Positions 38,511 to 51,577 of a DNA stretch of 64,000 nucleotides are shown in pieces (within the stretch, counting starts at the first letter, position 1; each line of letters begins with the position of its first letter). Origin of the DNA: Candidatus Dadabacteria bacterium (lineage in GTDB: Bacteria; Desulfobacterota_D; UBA1144; Nemesobacterales; Nemesobacteraceae); assembly GCA_009840385.1 (NCBI GenBank), contig VXNX01000003.1, forward strand, positions 21,311-85,310, read 5' to 3'. Under the pieces are notes generated by a model, which searched no databases, had not been told where the DNA came from, and saw only the letters and a program-made list of their open reading frames with translations. The translations under genes were made by a program, and so were the position numbers.

Positions 38511-40664
38511 ATGGCTTCTTCGGTAACGGATATTTCAAGCAAGAGGGTCTCGCTTCGTTCTTCGGAACGATATATCAACAGGGAGCTTTCCTGGCTTGAT
38601 TTTAACCTGCGGGTTCTTGAGACGGCGGCCAGTAAGAATGTTCCGCTTCTTGAGAGGGTGCGTTTTCTCTCAATCTCCGCGAGCAACCTCGATGAGTTCT
38701 ACATGGTCAGGGTGGCGGGTCTCGCGGGACAGGTTATGGAGGGAGTTACCGATCGCAGCAAGGACGGCCTTACGCCATCCCAGCAGCTGGAAGCCATAAG
38801 GGAAAAGGTCCATTTCCTGCTTGACAGCCAGTACGAGTGCGAAAAAGAACTGTTTTCCCTCTGCAAGAAGGCCGGGATCAAGATCGTAACTCCCGAGAAA
38901 CTCGACCGCTCAGGTGCCAAGTGGCTTTCCGAGTGGTTCTCGAAAAAGCTTTTTCCGGTGCTTACCCCGCTTGCCATAGACCCGGCGCATCCGTTCCCCT
39001 TCATACAGAGCGGGAGCCTCGTGTGCGCTGTCCAGCTCGGTCGCGCCGAGGACGGAAAGCGCATGAAGGGTCTCATGCTGCTGCCTTCCCAGGTGGAGCG
39101 CTTCATAAGGGTTCCGGGAGGAAAAAAAATCCAGTTTGTCCCGATTGAGAAGGTCATTGAGCACAACATGAAATCCCTCTTCCCGGGTTTTGAAGTGGAG
39201 GACAACGGAATCTTCCAGATCACCCGAGACAGCCTTCTTGAGATAGACGAGGACGCGGAAGACCTGGTCGAGACGTTTGAGACGGCGCTTAAGCAGCAGC
39301 GCAGGGGGGGATCGGTGATCAGGGTTGACGTCAACGCGGACATGCCGGATGCTATTGCCGACTTCATAATGGACAAGCTTGAGGCCCGTGACGCGCATTT
39401 TTTCAGGATCAAGGGGATGCTCGGGCTTGAGAGCGTGAAGCAGATAATACTGGATGAGCGGAGCGACCTTCTTTACAAGCGCATGAGCATCCGCTACCCC
39501 GAGCGGGTCAGGGAATTCGGAGGCGATGTGATAGCCGCCATAGGGCAGAAGGATTTCGTCGTTCACCACCCCTACGAGAGTTTTGACGTCGTGGTCGAGT
39601 TCCTGAAACAGGCCGCGGCGGATCCGGCGGTCGTCGCGATCAAGCAGACACTTTACCGCACCTCGGAAGACTCCCCGATAGTGAAGAGGCTCATAGAGGC
39701 CGCCGAGGCCGGAAAATCCGTAACCGCCATGGTGGAACTCAAGGCCCGTTTCGACGAGGAGGCCAACATCCGCTGGGCTCATGACCTCGAGGACGCGGGG
39801 GTTCAGGTCGTGTTCGGATTCATCGATCTTAAGACCCACGCCAAGGTATCGCTGGTGGTGAGAAGGGAAGGTTCTGACATCCGCACCTACACCCACTTTG
39901 GCACCGGCAACTATCACCCCGTAAACGCCAAGATATACACGGATCTCAGCTATTTCACGGCCGACGAGGCGCTCGGCCGCGACGCCGCCAAGCTTTTTAA
40001 CTACATGACTGGCTACGCCACTCCGAAGAAGATGGAGAGGATATTTTTCTCTCCCGTCACTATGCGCCCGAAGGTGCTTGAGCTGATAAGGGACGAGATA
40101 GACCATGCGAAGGCCGGTCGCCCCGCGGTGATATGGGCCAAGATGAATTCCCTGGTGGACAGCAAGATCATAGACGCGCTTTACGCGGCGAGCCGCGCGG
40201 GGGTGAGAATCGAGCTTTTCGTTCGGGGAATATGCTGCCTGAGGCCCGGGGTTCCAGGGCTTTCCGAGAACATCAGGGTAAAGAGCATCGTGGGACGTTT
40301 CCTCGAGCACAGCAGGGTCATCTGTTTCGGTGCCGGGGAGGGGCTTCCCTCTAATGCCTGCAAGGTTTTCATCTCATCTGCCGACTGGATGCCCCGAAAT
40401 CTCGACCGCAGGGTGGAATCTCTGGTTCCGATCGAAAACGCCACCGTGAAGAAGCAGCTTGTTGAGCAGGTGATGGTAGCTAATCTAAACGACGTAGCTA
40501 ACAGCTGGGAGATGGGGCCCGACGGCTCTTTCCGCAAGCTTAAAAGCGATTCGGACAGTTTCTCGGCTCACAAATACTTTATGACCAACCCCAGTCTTTC
40601 GGGAAGAGGCAAGGCGCTTGCCGAATCCCGGCCGCTAATGCCGGCTGAGTTTGTGCAGGAATAA
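38511..40664 (+). CDS. ppk1: polyphosphate kinase 1
   Basis: The 717-aa product has the PPK1 N-domain (RELSWLDFNLRVLE) and two PLD-like HKD-type domains with a phosphohistidine region. Confidence 0.93.
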   Translation: MASSVTDISSKRVSLRSSERYINRELSWLDFNLRVLETAASKNVPLLERVRFLSISASNLDEFYMVRVAGLAGQVMEGVTDRSKDGLTPSQQLEAIREKVHFLLDSQYECEKELFSLCKKAGIKIVTPEKLDRSGAKWLSEWFSKKLFPVLTPLAIDPAHPFPFIQSGSLVCAVQLGRAEDGKRMKGLMLLPSQVERFIRVPGGKKIQFVPIEKVIEHNMKSLFPGFEVEDNGIFQITRDSLLEIDEDAEDLVETFETALKQQRRGGSVIRVDVNADMPDAIADFIMDKLEARDAHFFRIKGMLGLESVKQIILDERSDLLYKRMSIRYPERVREFGGDVIAAIGQKDFVVHHPYESFDVVVEFLKQAAADPAVVAIKQTLYRTSEDSPIVKRLIEAAEAGKSVTAMVELKARFDEEANIRWAHDLEDAGVQVVFGFIDLKTHAKVSLVVRREGSDIRTYTHFGTGNYHPVNAKIYTDLSYFTADEALGRDAAKLFNYMTGYATPKKMERIFFSPVTMRPKVLELIRDEIDHAKAGRPAVIWAKMNSLVDSKIIDALYAASRAGVRIELFVRGICCLRPGVPGLSENIRVKSIVGRFLEHSRVICFGAGEGLPSNACKVFISSADWMPRNLDRRVESLVPIENATVKKQLVEQVMVANLNDVANSWEMGPDGSFRKLKSDSDSFSAHKYFMTNPSLSGRGKALAESRPLMPAEFVQE

Positions 40665-40668
40665 TTTT

Positions 40669-42210
40669 ATGACAGAAATATCTCCTTCCGCCACGCCATT
40701 CGGCGAGGGTGGGACTGTAGCGGTAATCGACGTGGGATCAAACTCCATACGTCTTGTTGTCTACAAGGGACCTAGGCGTGCCCCGCTTCCGATACTCGAC
40801 GAGAAAGTTTCCTGCGGCTTGGGGCGCGGGATGAATTCAGAGGGCATGATGTCACCGCAGAGCATGGATCTCGCCCTCCGAACCGTGAGGCGCTTCGTTG
40901 ATATCGCACGCTCGATGAGGGTCTCCGGCATAAAGGCCGTTGCCACCGCCGCGGTGAGGAACGCCGCAAACGGTCCCGATCTCAAAGAGGCTATTGAGCG
41001 GGAATGCGGGATTTCGCTCTGGGTGCTCTCTGGCATGGAGGAAGCGAGGCTTTCCGCGCTCGGTACTCTCTGCGCCATCCCCGACGCTGACGGTGTGATG
41101 GGAGACATAGGCGGCGGGAGCCTTGAACTGGTAGAGATTTGCGAGGGGGAAATAAGAAGTCACGCCACGTTGCCGCTGGGCACTATCCCGCTTCTTGAAA
41201 GTGGCCTCAGTCCCGCAAAGGCCGCCAAGAAACTGATCACTCCCTGCCTTGAAGAGCTTCCCTGGCTTAAGGACGCGAAGAAAAAAACCTTCTACGCCGT
41301 CGGGGGTTCGTGGCGTGCTCTTGCGAAAAGACACATGGAGTCTGAGGACTACCCGCTTCGCATAGTTCACGGCTACAGTCTTTCCAGTTCCAGGGCACTT
41401 GAGATGACCCAGGAGATAGTTGATATATCCCCGGGTTCACTTCGGAGTCTCTGGATCATAGGAAGAAACAGGATGGAATCCGCCCCATACGCCGCCGCGC
41501 TTATGAAAAGCCTTCTGAAAAGAACAGGGGTAAGAGATCTTATGTTCTGTACATACGGCCTTCGAGAAGGGTGCATATATGATGATCTTCCACCGGAGCA
41601 GCGTTCCCTGGATCCTCTTATTGTCATGTGCCGGGAAATCGCGCTCAAGATGGGAAGATCGGTTGAAGACGGCGAGTCTTTCTGTAGGTGGATAGAGCCG
41701 GCGATTCCCGATGAATACTCCGGGAATCCGAGGCTGAGATTAGCCGCATGCCATCTTTCAGACATAGGGATTTCCGAACACCCCGAGTACCGGGCCGAGC
41801 AGGTGTTTTTGAGGATACTGCGGATGCCGCTTGTGGGAATTACACACCCTGAAAGGGTAAGGGTAGCTTTTTCCGTCGCCTCAAGGCACGCGGCGATTGG
41901 AAACTTGGTCCGCCGCTGGGAAGTTTCGGATTTTCTTTCCGGAAACGATATTGAGGAAGCCAGAGTTGTCGGGCTTGCGCTTCGCTTGGCCTACACGGTT
42001 TCGGGAGGGGTGACGCGGATCCTTGAGAGCACTAGGCTCGAGAGAGCCGGAGAAAAGCTTACTTTGCATATGCCGAACCAGATACCCCATCCTGAGACTG
42101 TAGGTCGACGTCTTGGAGCCCTAGCCAAAGCAGTAGGATGCGATTACGAGACGGTCGCACGGGGGGATGGCGAAGAGGAATCATTGGGTAGGGAGTTTAA
42201 GTTTGTGTAG
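40669..42210 (+). CDS. ppx: exopolyphosphatase / guanosine pentaphosphate phosphohydrolase (Ppx/GppA)
   Basis: The product has an ASKHA fold start (VAVIDVGSNSIRLVVY) and the Ppx/GppA architecture. The start is at MTEISPS, 5 bp after ppk1. Confidence 0.88.
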   Translation: MTEISPSATPFGEGGTVAVIDVGSNSIRLVVYKGPRRAPLPILDEKVSCGLGRGMNSEGMMSPQSMDLALRTVRRFVDIARSMRVSGIKAVATAAVRNAANGPDLKEAIERECGISLWVLSGMEEARLSALGTLCAIPDADGVMGDIGGGSLELVEICEGEIRSHATLPLGTIPLLESGLSPAKAAKKLITPCLEELPWLKDAKKKTFYAVGGSWRALAKRHMESEDYPLRIVHGYSLSSSRALEMTQEIVDISPGSLRSLWIIGRNRMESAPYAAALMKSLLKRTGVRDLMFCTYGLREGCIYDDLPPEQRSLDPLIVMCREIALKMGRSVEDGESFCRWIEPAIPDEYSGNPRLRLAACHLSDIGISEHPEYRAEQVFLRILRMPLVGITHPERVRVAFSVASRHAAIGNLVRRWEVSDFLSGNDIEEARVVGLALRLAYTVSGGVTRILESTRLERAGEKLTLHMPNQIPHPETVGRRLGALAKAVGCDYETVARGDGEEESLGREFKFV

Positions 42211-42249
42211 AATTTATTCCGACTCCTAGCTGTTTACGGGTCGGGGCGG

Positions 42250-43152
42250 ATGAAATTACTCGAGGCAATAGATAACCTGAATATCTGGAAGCGAGGGGAC
42301 AAAAGAGCCCCTCACAAGCCTCTACTTCTTCTATATGCGCTTGCTGAACAAGTCCGGGACCCAAACGCCAAATTTGAGTTCTCTCGCATAGAAGAAGATC
42401 TTGATCAGTTGTTAAATGATTTTTATAAATCATTTCCTGGGCGCAGACATCATGTAAATGACCCTTTCTGGCGTTTGCGCGGGGATGGAATCTGGGAAGT
42501 TGAATACGACGGAATAATAAGACAAACCAGTTCTGGAAGTGCTTACGTAAGTGATCTGAGAAAATGTAATGCTACGGGCTTGTTCTCCAAAGAAGTTGCT
42601 CGAGAAATAAAGGAGAACCCTGAAATTGCTCTACAGGCTGCACGGAAGTTGCTTAATGGACATTTCCCAGAATCGTTGCATCAGGACATACTGGAAACGG
42701 TAGGCTTAGATTACAAGACAATTTCTGCCGAAGAATACATTTCCAAGAAAACCAAAAGAGACAGTAGATTTCGGCAGAAGGTTCTTCACGCTTACGGTTA
42801 CAGTTGTGCAGTGTGCGGTTTTAATCTGCGCATGAAAACTTTACCCGTTGCCCTTGAAGCTGCACATATCAAGTGGCATCAGCATGGAGGACCTGACACC
42901 GAGAACAATGGTCTTGCCCTCTGCGCCACACACCACAAATTACTTGACTCAGGGGTACTGGCACTCTCTGATAATTATCAAATCATTCTTTCAGAGTGGA
43001 TATTTGATCCCGACCGAGAAAACAGTTTTATACGGGAGCACCATAAGCGTAAAATCAGATTGCCCAGAAACAGCAATCATTTCCCAAGGACGGATTACAT
43101 CCGCTGGCACAGAAAAGAAGTGTTCAAAGAACCCGAACTGGTTTTGATTTAA
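42250..43152 (+). CDS. HNH (HNH_2-type) nuclease with an uncharacterised N-terminal domain; candidate type IV restriction or defence nuclease
   Basis: The C-terminus reads RFRQKVLHAYGYSCAVCGFN...LEAAHIKWHQHGGPDTENNGLALCATHHKLLD (H-N-H with Cys ligands). The roughly 170-aa N-terminal domain reads KRAPHKPLLLLYALAEQ...NDPFWRLRGDGIWEV. The gene is visibly lower in GC than its flanks. Confidence 0.65.
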   Translation: MKLLEAIDNLNIWKRGDKRAPHKPLLLLYALAEQVRDPNAKFEFSRIEEDLDQLLNDFYKSFPGRRHHVNDPFWRLRGDGIWEVEYDGIIRQTSSGSAYVSDLRKCNATGLFSKEVAREIKENPEIALQAARKLLNGHFPESLHQDILETVGLDYKTISAEEYISKKTKRDSRFRQKVLHAYGYSCAVCGFNLRMKTLPVALEAAHIKWHQHGGPDTENNGLALCATHHKLLDSGVLALSDNYQIILSEWIFDPDRENSFIREHHKRKIRLPRNSNHFPRTDYIRWHRKEVFKEPELVLI

Positions 43153-43172
43153 CAACTCGAGATGCGGTTTCT

Positions 43173-44879
43173 TTACCTTTTTAGCTTGTAACCGGTCTTC
43201 ACCATGTCCCAGGTGTCTTTCGTTACTCCCTGTTCACGAAGCTTGTTTTTCTGGGTTCTCTGCGTGCCTGTCTTGGGGAAGGAATCAACGAATCTTATGA
43301 ACCTCGGGATCATGAAATAGGGCATCCTGGGCTGCAGGTAGTCCATGAGTTCCGGGGGATCTATCTCTTTTCCTTCCTTCGGAATCACGAGTATCATGAG
43401 TTCGTCTTCTGCGTATTTCCCGGCTTCTGACTTTATGCCTATCGCGGCCGACTCCTCGACATCGGGGTAGGAGTTGACGATCTTCTCCACTTCGAAGGAG
43501 CTTATGTTCTCGCCCCTTCTTCTTATGTAGTCCTTAACCCTGTCGACAAAGTATATGTAGCCGTCTTTGTCCATTCTTCCCGCGTCGCCGGTGTGGAACC
43601 AGAAGTTTCTGAAGTCCTCGACGGTCTTCTCAGGCATCTTGTGATAGTAGTGAAGCATCACGTTCGGTATCCTGGGGCGTACTATGATTTCCCCTATATC
43701 CCCCCTCGGCACTTCTTCGTCCGTCTCCGGGTCGGCGACCTTTATCTCGTAGTTGGGGGCTTCCTTTCCGCAGGACCCCACCCTGAAGGGTTCTCCAGGT
43801 CTCATCCAGGTGCACTGGCCTATTTCCGTCAGGCCGTAGCCTTCCATGAACTTTATCCCGAAGCGCTCCATGAACTCCTCTATCATGTCGTGGGGGGCTG
43901 GGGAGCCCAGGACGAGCTTTATTTTATGTTGCCCCTCCTCAGGCACGGGAGGGGTGTTCCAGAGAAAATACGACATGGTCCCCACGGTGTTGAACTTTGT
44001 CACCTCGTGGTCGACCATCCATTTCCAGAAGCGGCTTGAACTGTATTTTTCCTCCACCACAGTTTTTGCTCCCTTTATCAGTGCCGGATAGACGGTCATC
44101 ACCATAGCATTTGAATGGAAAAGCGGAAGGCAGGTGAAGCAAACGTCATCAGGGCCGATGTCCATTATCTCGGCGTAGTTTCTCGCGCTGCTGTAATCGG
44201 CGGCGCAAGGTCTCATGACCCCCTTTGAGCGGCCCGTGGTGCCGGAGGTGTACATGAGCCTTGCGTAGTCCATGAAGGTAACCTCGACATCCGGCTCCCT
44301 GCCCGAGCCCGAGCTTATGAATTCTGAATAGGAGATCATCTTGGGGAAATTGTATCCGTGTTTTTTGAACTTCCTGTTCCCGCTCCTTGTCCAGACTATG
44401 ACATGGCGAAGCTTGGAGAGATTCTTCGCTATGGGGGGCATGCGGTCCAGATACTCTTCGGCTATGAAAAGCACCTCAGCGTCTGAGCTGTCGATTATAT
44501 ATTCAAGAAAATCCATCTTGTAGGCCGTGTTTATGGGGACCATCACGGCTCCCATCTTGAGGATTCCGAACCAGATTATTACGTAGTCATCGGAGTTTGG
44601 CATGTAGACGGCGACTTTTTTCGCTTTTTCCACCCCGAGGCCGCAAAGGGCGTTTGCCACACGGTTGGCGAGACGGTTTGTCTGGTAGAAGCTAAGCGGC
44701 TTTTTGTAGCCGAACTGAAGGAAGGGCTTTTTGCCCAGTTTTTTCGCCTGTTCCCTGAGCACCTTGGGAAGCACCCAGTCCGACCTGTCTTCCTTCAGGT
44801 ACCAGTTGACGTCGAATTTCCCGTTCTCGCGCTTGTAAGTGACGGGATGCATTAGGTCCTTAGGTTTTTTTCTTGTCAT
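43173..44879 (-). CDS. AMP-binding acyl-CoA synthetase / fatty-acid-CoA ligase
   Basis: The 568-aa product has a P-loop (YTSGTTGRSKGVM), GYGLTE, and GDIGEIIVRP...HTGDAGRMDKDGYIYFVDRVKD. Confidence 0.9.
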   Translation of the reverse strand: MTRKKPKDLMHPVTYKRENGKFDVNWYLKEDRSDWVLPKVLREQAKKLGKKPFLQFGYKKPLSFYQTNRLANRVANALCGLGVEKAKKVAVYMPNSDDYVIIWFGILKMGAVMVPINTAYKMDFLEYIIDSSDAEVLFIAEEYLDRMPPIAKNLSKLRHVIVWTRSGNRKFKKHGYNFPKMISYSEFISSGSGREPDVEVTFMDYARLMYTSGTTGRSKGVMRPCAADYSSARNYAEIMDIGPDDVCFTCLPLFHSNAMVMTVYPALIKGAKTVVEEKYSSSRFWKWMVDHEVTKFNTVGTMSYFLWNTPPVPEEGQHKIKLVLGSPAPHDMIEEFMERFGIKFMEGYGLTEIGQCTWMRPGEPFRVGSCGKEAPNYEIKVADPETDEEVPRGDIGEIIVRPRIPNVMLHYYHKMPEKTVEDFRNFWFHTGDAGRMDKDGYIYFVDRVKDYIRRRGENISSFEVEKIVNSYPDVEESAAIGIKSEAGKYAEDELMILVIPKEGKEIDPPELMDYLQPRMPYFMIPRFIRFVDSFPKTGTQRTQKNKLREQGVTKDTWDMVKTGYKLKR

Positions 44880-44937
44880 TTTTCTCTCCTTTTCCGTACC
44901 GGGGCGGGCTTCTCAATTAGGGGTCAGGTCTTTCCAC

Positions 44938-45699
44938 TTAACCAAATTCCTCTCCAGCCGGTTCCGCCTCGGGTTTTTTCTTAGCGAATATTTTTGCGAT
45001 AACTATTCCCAGTTCGTAGAAAATGAAAAGCGGAACGAGCATGAACATCATCGACACGGCGTCTGTAGTCGGGGTTATAAAAGCGGCCAGTATGGCGTTT
45101 ATCAAAAGCGCGTATTTTCTCTGCTTGGCCAGAAACCCGGCCGTGACCAGACCCAGCCTTGAGAGGATAAAAACGATGAGGGGAAACTCGAATACCAGCC
45201 CGAAACCGATCATAAGTGCTGTCAAGAACGAAAGCGCTTCCTTTATGCTCGGAAACGCCTTTACGTACTCGGTAGTGTATTCGCCGAGCAGGAACCGCAG
45301 TCCCTGGGGGGCGGCGACGAAGTAGCAGAAAAGCGCTCCCAGGATAAAAAACAGGGTTCCAAAAGTTACGAGCGGGATAACGACCCTTTTTTCCTTCTTG
45401 TAAAGCGCCGGGGAAACAAAATGCCAGGCATTGTATAGAATGAACGGAACCGAAAGGAAAAAGGAGAAAAACAGCGATACCTTGAGGTAGGTCAGAAATC
45501 CTTCGGCCGGCCGGGTGAATATAAGGGAGCTTCCCTCGGGCAGGCTCCTTATTATTGGTCCCATGAGCAGGTCGAAGAGCTGTTTCGAGAAAAGATAGCA
45601 GGGGATGAAAAAGACAAGTATGGGAATTACTGAATATATGATTCTTTTCCTGAGCTCTTCTGCATGCTCGAGAAAATTCATGCCGCTTTCTTCTTTCAT
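44938..45699 (-). CDS. tatC: twin-arginine translocase subunit TatC
   Basis: The 253-aa product has six TM helices and a TatC N-terminus (FLEHAEELRKRIIYSVI). Confidence 0.88.
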   Translation of the reverse strand: MKEESGMNFLEHAEELRKRIIYSVIPILVFFIPCYLFSKQLFDLLMGPIIRSLPEGSSLIFTRPAEGFLTYLKVSLFFSFFLSVPFILYNAWHFVSPALYKKEKRVVIPLVTFGTLFFILGALFCYFVAAPQGLRFLLGEYTTEYVKAFPSIKEALSFLTALMIGFGLVFEFPLIVFILSRLGLVTAGFLAKQRKYALLINAILAAFITPTTDAVSMMFMLVPLFIFYELGIVIAKIFAKKKPEAEPAGEEFG

Positions 45700-45797
45700 T
45701 ACGGCAGGTTAGGGTAACCCAAATCGGGATTTTTAACAATCCCTTCGGCGTCCGCCGGAGACTCTCTTTGCCCGCTTTCCGAACGCGGTCTGACTGA

Positions 45798-45825
45798 TTG
45801 ACATTGTCTTTGGTTTAACTATTAT
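45798..45825 (+). promoter_or_regulatory. sigma70-like promoter candidate upstream of serA
   Basis: TTGACA (45798-45803), a 16-nt spacer, then TATTAT (45820-45825), about 40 bp upstream of the serA start. Confidence 0.45.
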
Positions 45826-45863
45826 GTTACTGGTTTTTTATCCCGCCTTTCCGGAGGAATCTC

Positions 45864-47454
45864 TTGAAAATACTTATAACTGACGGACTTGCGAAGCAGG
45901 GTCTTGAACTTCTGATGGCCGCCGAGGGAGTGGAGGTTGACGAAAGAAAAGGCGTCTCTCCCGAAGAGCTCACTGATATCATAAAGGACTACGACGGCCT
46001 AGTGGTAAGAAGTGCCACCAAGGTCACCAGAGAAGTTATAGAGGCTTCGGGCGGGCGGCTTCGGATAATAGGCCGCGCTGGCATAGGAATAGACAACATA
46101 GACCTTGACGCCGCGACCAGAAACGGGGTGGCCGTTATGAATACCCCGGAGTCAAATTCCATAACCACGGCCGAGCACACAATCACTCTTCTGCTCTCCC
46201 TCGCGAGAAGGATTCCCCAGGCCCATTCCTCGATAAAGTCGGGCAAGTGGGAGAGAAACAAGTACAAGGGGGTCGAGGTTTACGGGAAGACAATAGGCCT
46301 TGTGGGTCTTGGAAACATAGGAAAGCTGGTAGCCGAGCGGGCGATGGGTCTTAAGATGAAGGCGATTGCCTACGACCCGTACCTGAGCCAGGAAGCCGCG
46401 AAAAAGCTAAGCATCGAGCTTGTCTCCCTAGATGAGCTTTTCCACCGCTCAGACGTGATAACGGTGCACACCCCTCTTACTGACGAGACGAGGGATCTTG
46501 TAAACTCCGAGTCTTTTGAAAAGATGAAGGAAGGGGTGATAGTGATTAACTGCGCCCGGGGAGGCATAGTGAACGAGGCAGACATGGCGGAGGCGCTTCG
46601 TGAAGGCAAGGTGGGAGGAGCCGCGTTTGACGTGTACACCTCGGAACCTGTTGATCCCGACAACCCTGTTCTGTCAGTCGAGGAGAACATAGTGCTTACC
46701 CCGCATCTCGGTGCTTCAACGGAGGAGGCGCAGATAAAGGTCGGAACCACCATGGCGCAGCAACTGATAGATTTTGCCCAGAAAGGAGTCGTGAAAAACG
46801 CGGTCAACATGCCGTCGCTGACGACGGAGCAGCTTACCGTGATGAAGCCGTATCTGTCCATCTGCGAGAAGATAGGAAGTCTTCACGGCCAGCTCTGCGA
46901 GGGCGCTGTCCGCACTATAGAGGTCACTTACGAAGGCGAGGTGGCCGAGATGGACTCCGGGTACCTGACAGTTGCCGTGCTGAAAGGCTTTCTCTCGCAC
47001 ATAATGGACATCTCGGTGACCTACGTTAACGCTCCGTCTATAGCCGAGGAAAGGAAGATAAAAGTAGTTGAGTCGAAGTCTGCCGTTATGAGCCAGTACA
47101 CAAACCTCATTACTGTAATGGTGACGACCCGTAAGGAGACCAGCGAAATCTCGGGAAGCGTGTTCGGCGGCAATCATGGAAGGATAGTCAAGGTAAACGG
47201 GGTCGAGATCGACGTCGTTCCCGAGGGATTCCTGCTCGTGAGCCACAACTACGACCGCCCGGGCTTCATAGGATCGATGTGTTCTGTTTTGGGAAAAAAC
47301 AACGTCAATATCGGCCGTATGCACCTTGGAAGAAAATCCGTGGGCGGGGAAGCTATAGTGTTCACGAACGTTGATACAAGGGTAAGCGAGGAAGTTATCC
47401 AGGAAATTTCCGCCATAGAGAATATTATTTCGGTAACCCAGGTCAGTTTTTCAG

Positions 47455-47462
<8 letters not shown>
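45864..47462 (+). CDS. serA: D-3-phosphoglycerate dehydrogenase (long form with ASB and ACT domains)
   Basis: The 532-aa product has an NAD-binding motif (GLVGLGNIGKLVA), a catalytic domain, and a C-terminal ACT domain. Confidence 0.9.
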
Positions 47463-50018
<2,556 letters not shown>

Positions 50019-50408
50019 TCAGTCCTCTTTGAGAACCTCGATTGTCTTTGCCGCAAGCTTGGGGTCAAATCTGTTTTCAGACGAGATGAAGTTGCTGTCG
50101 AAAAGGCCTGTCGCTTCGACTATGTCTCCTTCGGCGAAGGAGAGCTCCTTTTCCCAGACGACGGTTATGTAGTTCCCCTCGCTGTCGGCCAGCTTAAAGG
50201 TCGTTGATTCCGCCGGTTCCTCAGATGTCGAGATTTCCCACACTTTTCCCCTGACGCGCACTTCCTGCATCGTGTACACAGAAGGGTTAAGTATGAGAAC
50301 AGCTACGGATTTGTCGGCCGATATCATGGAAGTCGCCGGGTTCTCCCATCTCCTGCACGAGGGAGCGAGCAGCATGACTGCGAGAAAAAAGACCGCGAGT
50401 ATTTTCAT
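50019..50408 (-). CDS. hypothetical lipoprotein
   Basis: The 129-aa product has a signal peptide with lipobox LAPSC. It overlaps the phoH stop. Confidence 0.45.
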   Translation of the reverse strand: MKILAVFFLAVMLLAPSCRRWENPATSMISADKSVAVLILNPSVYTMQEVRVRGKVWEISTSEEPAESTTFKLADSEGNYITVVWEKELSFAEGDIVEATGLFDSNFISSENRFDPKLAAKTIEVLKED

Positions 50409-51400
50409 TCGTTTTCTCCTGTTACGGGGGTACGGCTACCGAGATTATCCTTAATTTTTTCGTACGCGTCTATTATTTTCATGACGAGAGGGTGTCTTAT
50501 GACATCGGTTTTCGAGAAGTGAACGAAATCTATTCCCTTTATTCCGGATAGGATGTTCATGGCCTCGATAAGTCCTGAGTTCTGTTCCCTGGCCAAGTCT
50601 ATCTGGGTGATATCTCCCGTTATGACCGCTTTTGAGCCGAACCCGAGTCGGGTGAGAAACATCTTCATCTGTATCGCTGTAGTGTTCTGCGCCTCATCGA
50701 GAATTATGAATGCATCGTTGAGTGTTCTTCCTCTCATGTAGGCTATCGGAACGATTTCGATCATATTCTTCTCAATTAGCCTGTTGGCTTTCTCGAATTC
50801 CATCATATCGTAGAGGGCGTCGAAAAGGGGTCGCAGGTAGGGATTCACCTTTTCCTGAAGATCGCCGGGGAGGAATCCCAGTTTTTCTCCCGCCTCCACA
50901 GCGGGGCGCGCGAGCACTATCCTGTTTACCTTCTTGTTCGTAAACGCTGAAACGGCCATCGCCATCGCCAGGTAGGTTTTTCCCGTCCCCGCGGGTCCTA
51001 TGCCGAACACCATGTCGTTTCTTCTTATGGCGTCGATGTAGAGTTTCTGGTTTATGGTCTTGGGACTTATTATTTTTTTCCGGACGGATATGCAGACCGT
51101 GTCGAGGAATATTTCCTCAAGGGATGCGTCTTTCTGGTTAAGGAGTCTCTTCGCTATTTTTATGTCGGAAGGCTGAAGGACATAGCCCTTTTCTATCAGC
51201 GAATACATCTGCCCCATGAGCATGCCCGCTTCCGCGGTTCTCTCCTCGTCCCCCTTGAGAGTGATTTTGTTGCCCCGGGTGTGGATGCTTATGTCGAATT
51301 CGTTTTCTATTTCCTTGAGATTTGAATTAAGTTCCCCGTAGAGAACCTTTACGGCTTCTATATTCTCAAGTTCAAGCTCTCTGATTCCATCCATAGGCAA
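50405..51400 (-). CDS. phoH: PhoH family ATPase
   Basis: The product has a Walker A (VFGIGPAGTGKTYLAMAMAV) and the PhoH-like layout. Confidence 0.88.
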   Translation of the reverse strand: MPMDGIRELELENIEAVKVLYGELNSNLKEIENEFDISIHTRGNKITLKGDEERTAEAGMLMGQMYSLIEKGYVLQPSDIKIAKRLLNQKDASLEEIFLDTVCISVRKKIISPKTINQKLYIDAIRRNDMVFGIGPAGTGKTYLAMAMAVSAFTNKKVNRIVLARPAVEAGEKLGFLPGDLQEKVNPYLRPLFDALYDMMEFEKANRLIEKNMIEIVPIAYMRGRTLNDAFIILDEAQNTTAIQMKMFLTRLGFGSKAVITGDITQIDLAREQNSGLIEAMNILSGIKGIDFVHFSKTDVIRHPLVMKIIDAYEKIKDNLGSRTPVTGENE

Positions 51401-51577
51401 TTAAGTTACCGCGTACAGGAAAGATTATGCTTCGCGTCTAGAATTTTAGATTTTTTGCTCCAACCCGAAAACGATTCTGCACAACTTGGCATCTCACCTT
51501 TGCTTATTTTCCCTTTTTTTAGGCTTTTTCTCAACAGTTTTCAGATCGCATTCCAATTAACCGCGGATCCCGTTTTT

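Noticed and set aside
38910-40310. A 466-aa ORF on the minus strand.
   Set aside because: It is antisense to ppk1. Its translation is Arg/Gly/Val-rich with no recognisable domain, whereas the plus-strand frame gives a textbook PPK1.
46716-47324. A 202-aa minus-strand ORF.
   Set aside because: It is antisense to serA (ASB/ACT region). It is a shadow ORF with no domain signal.
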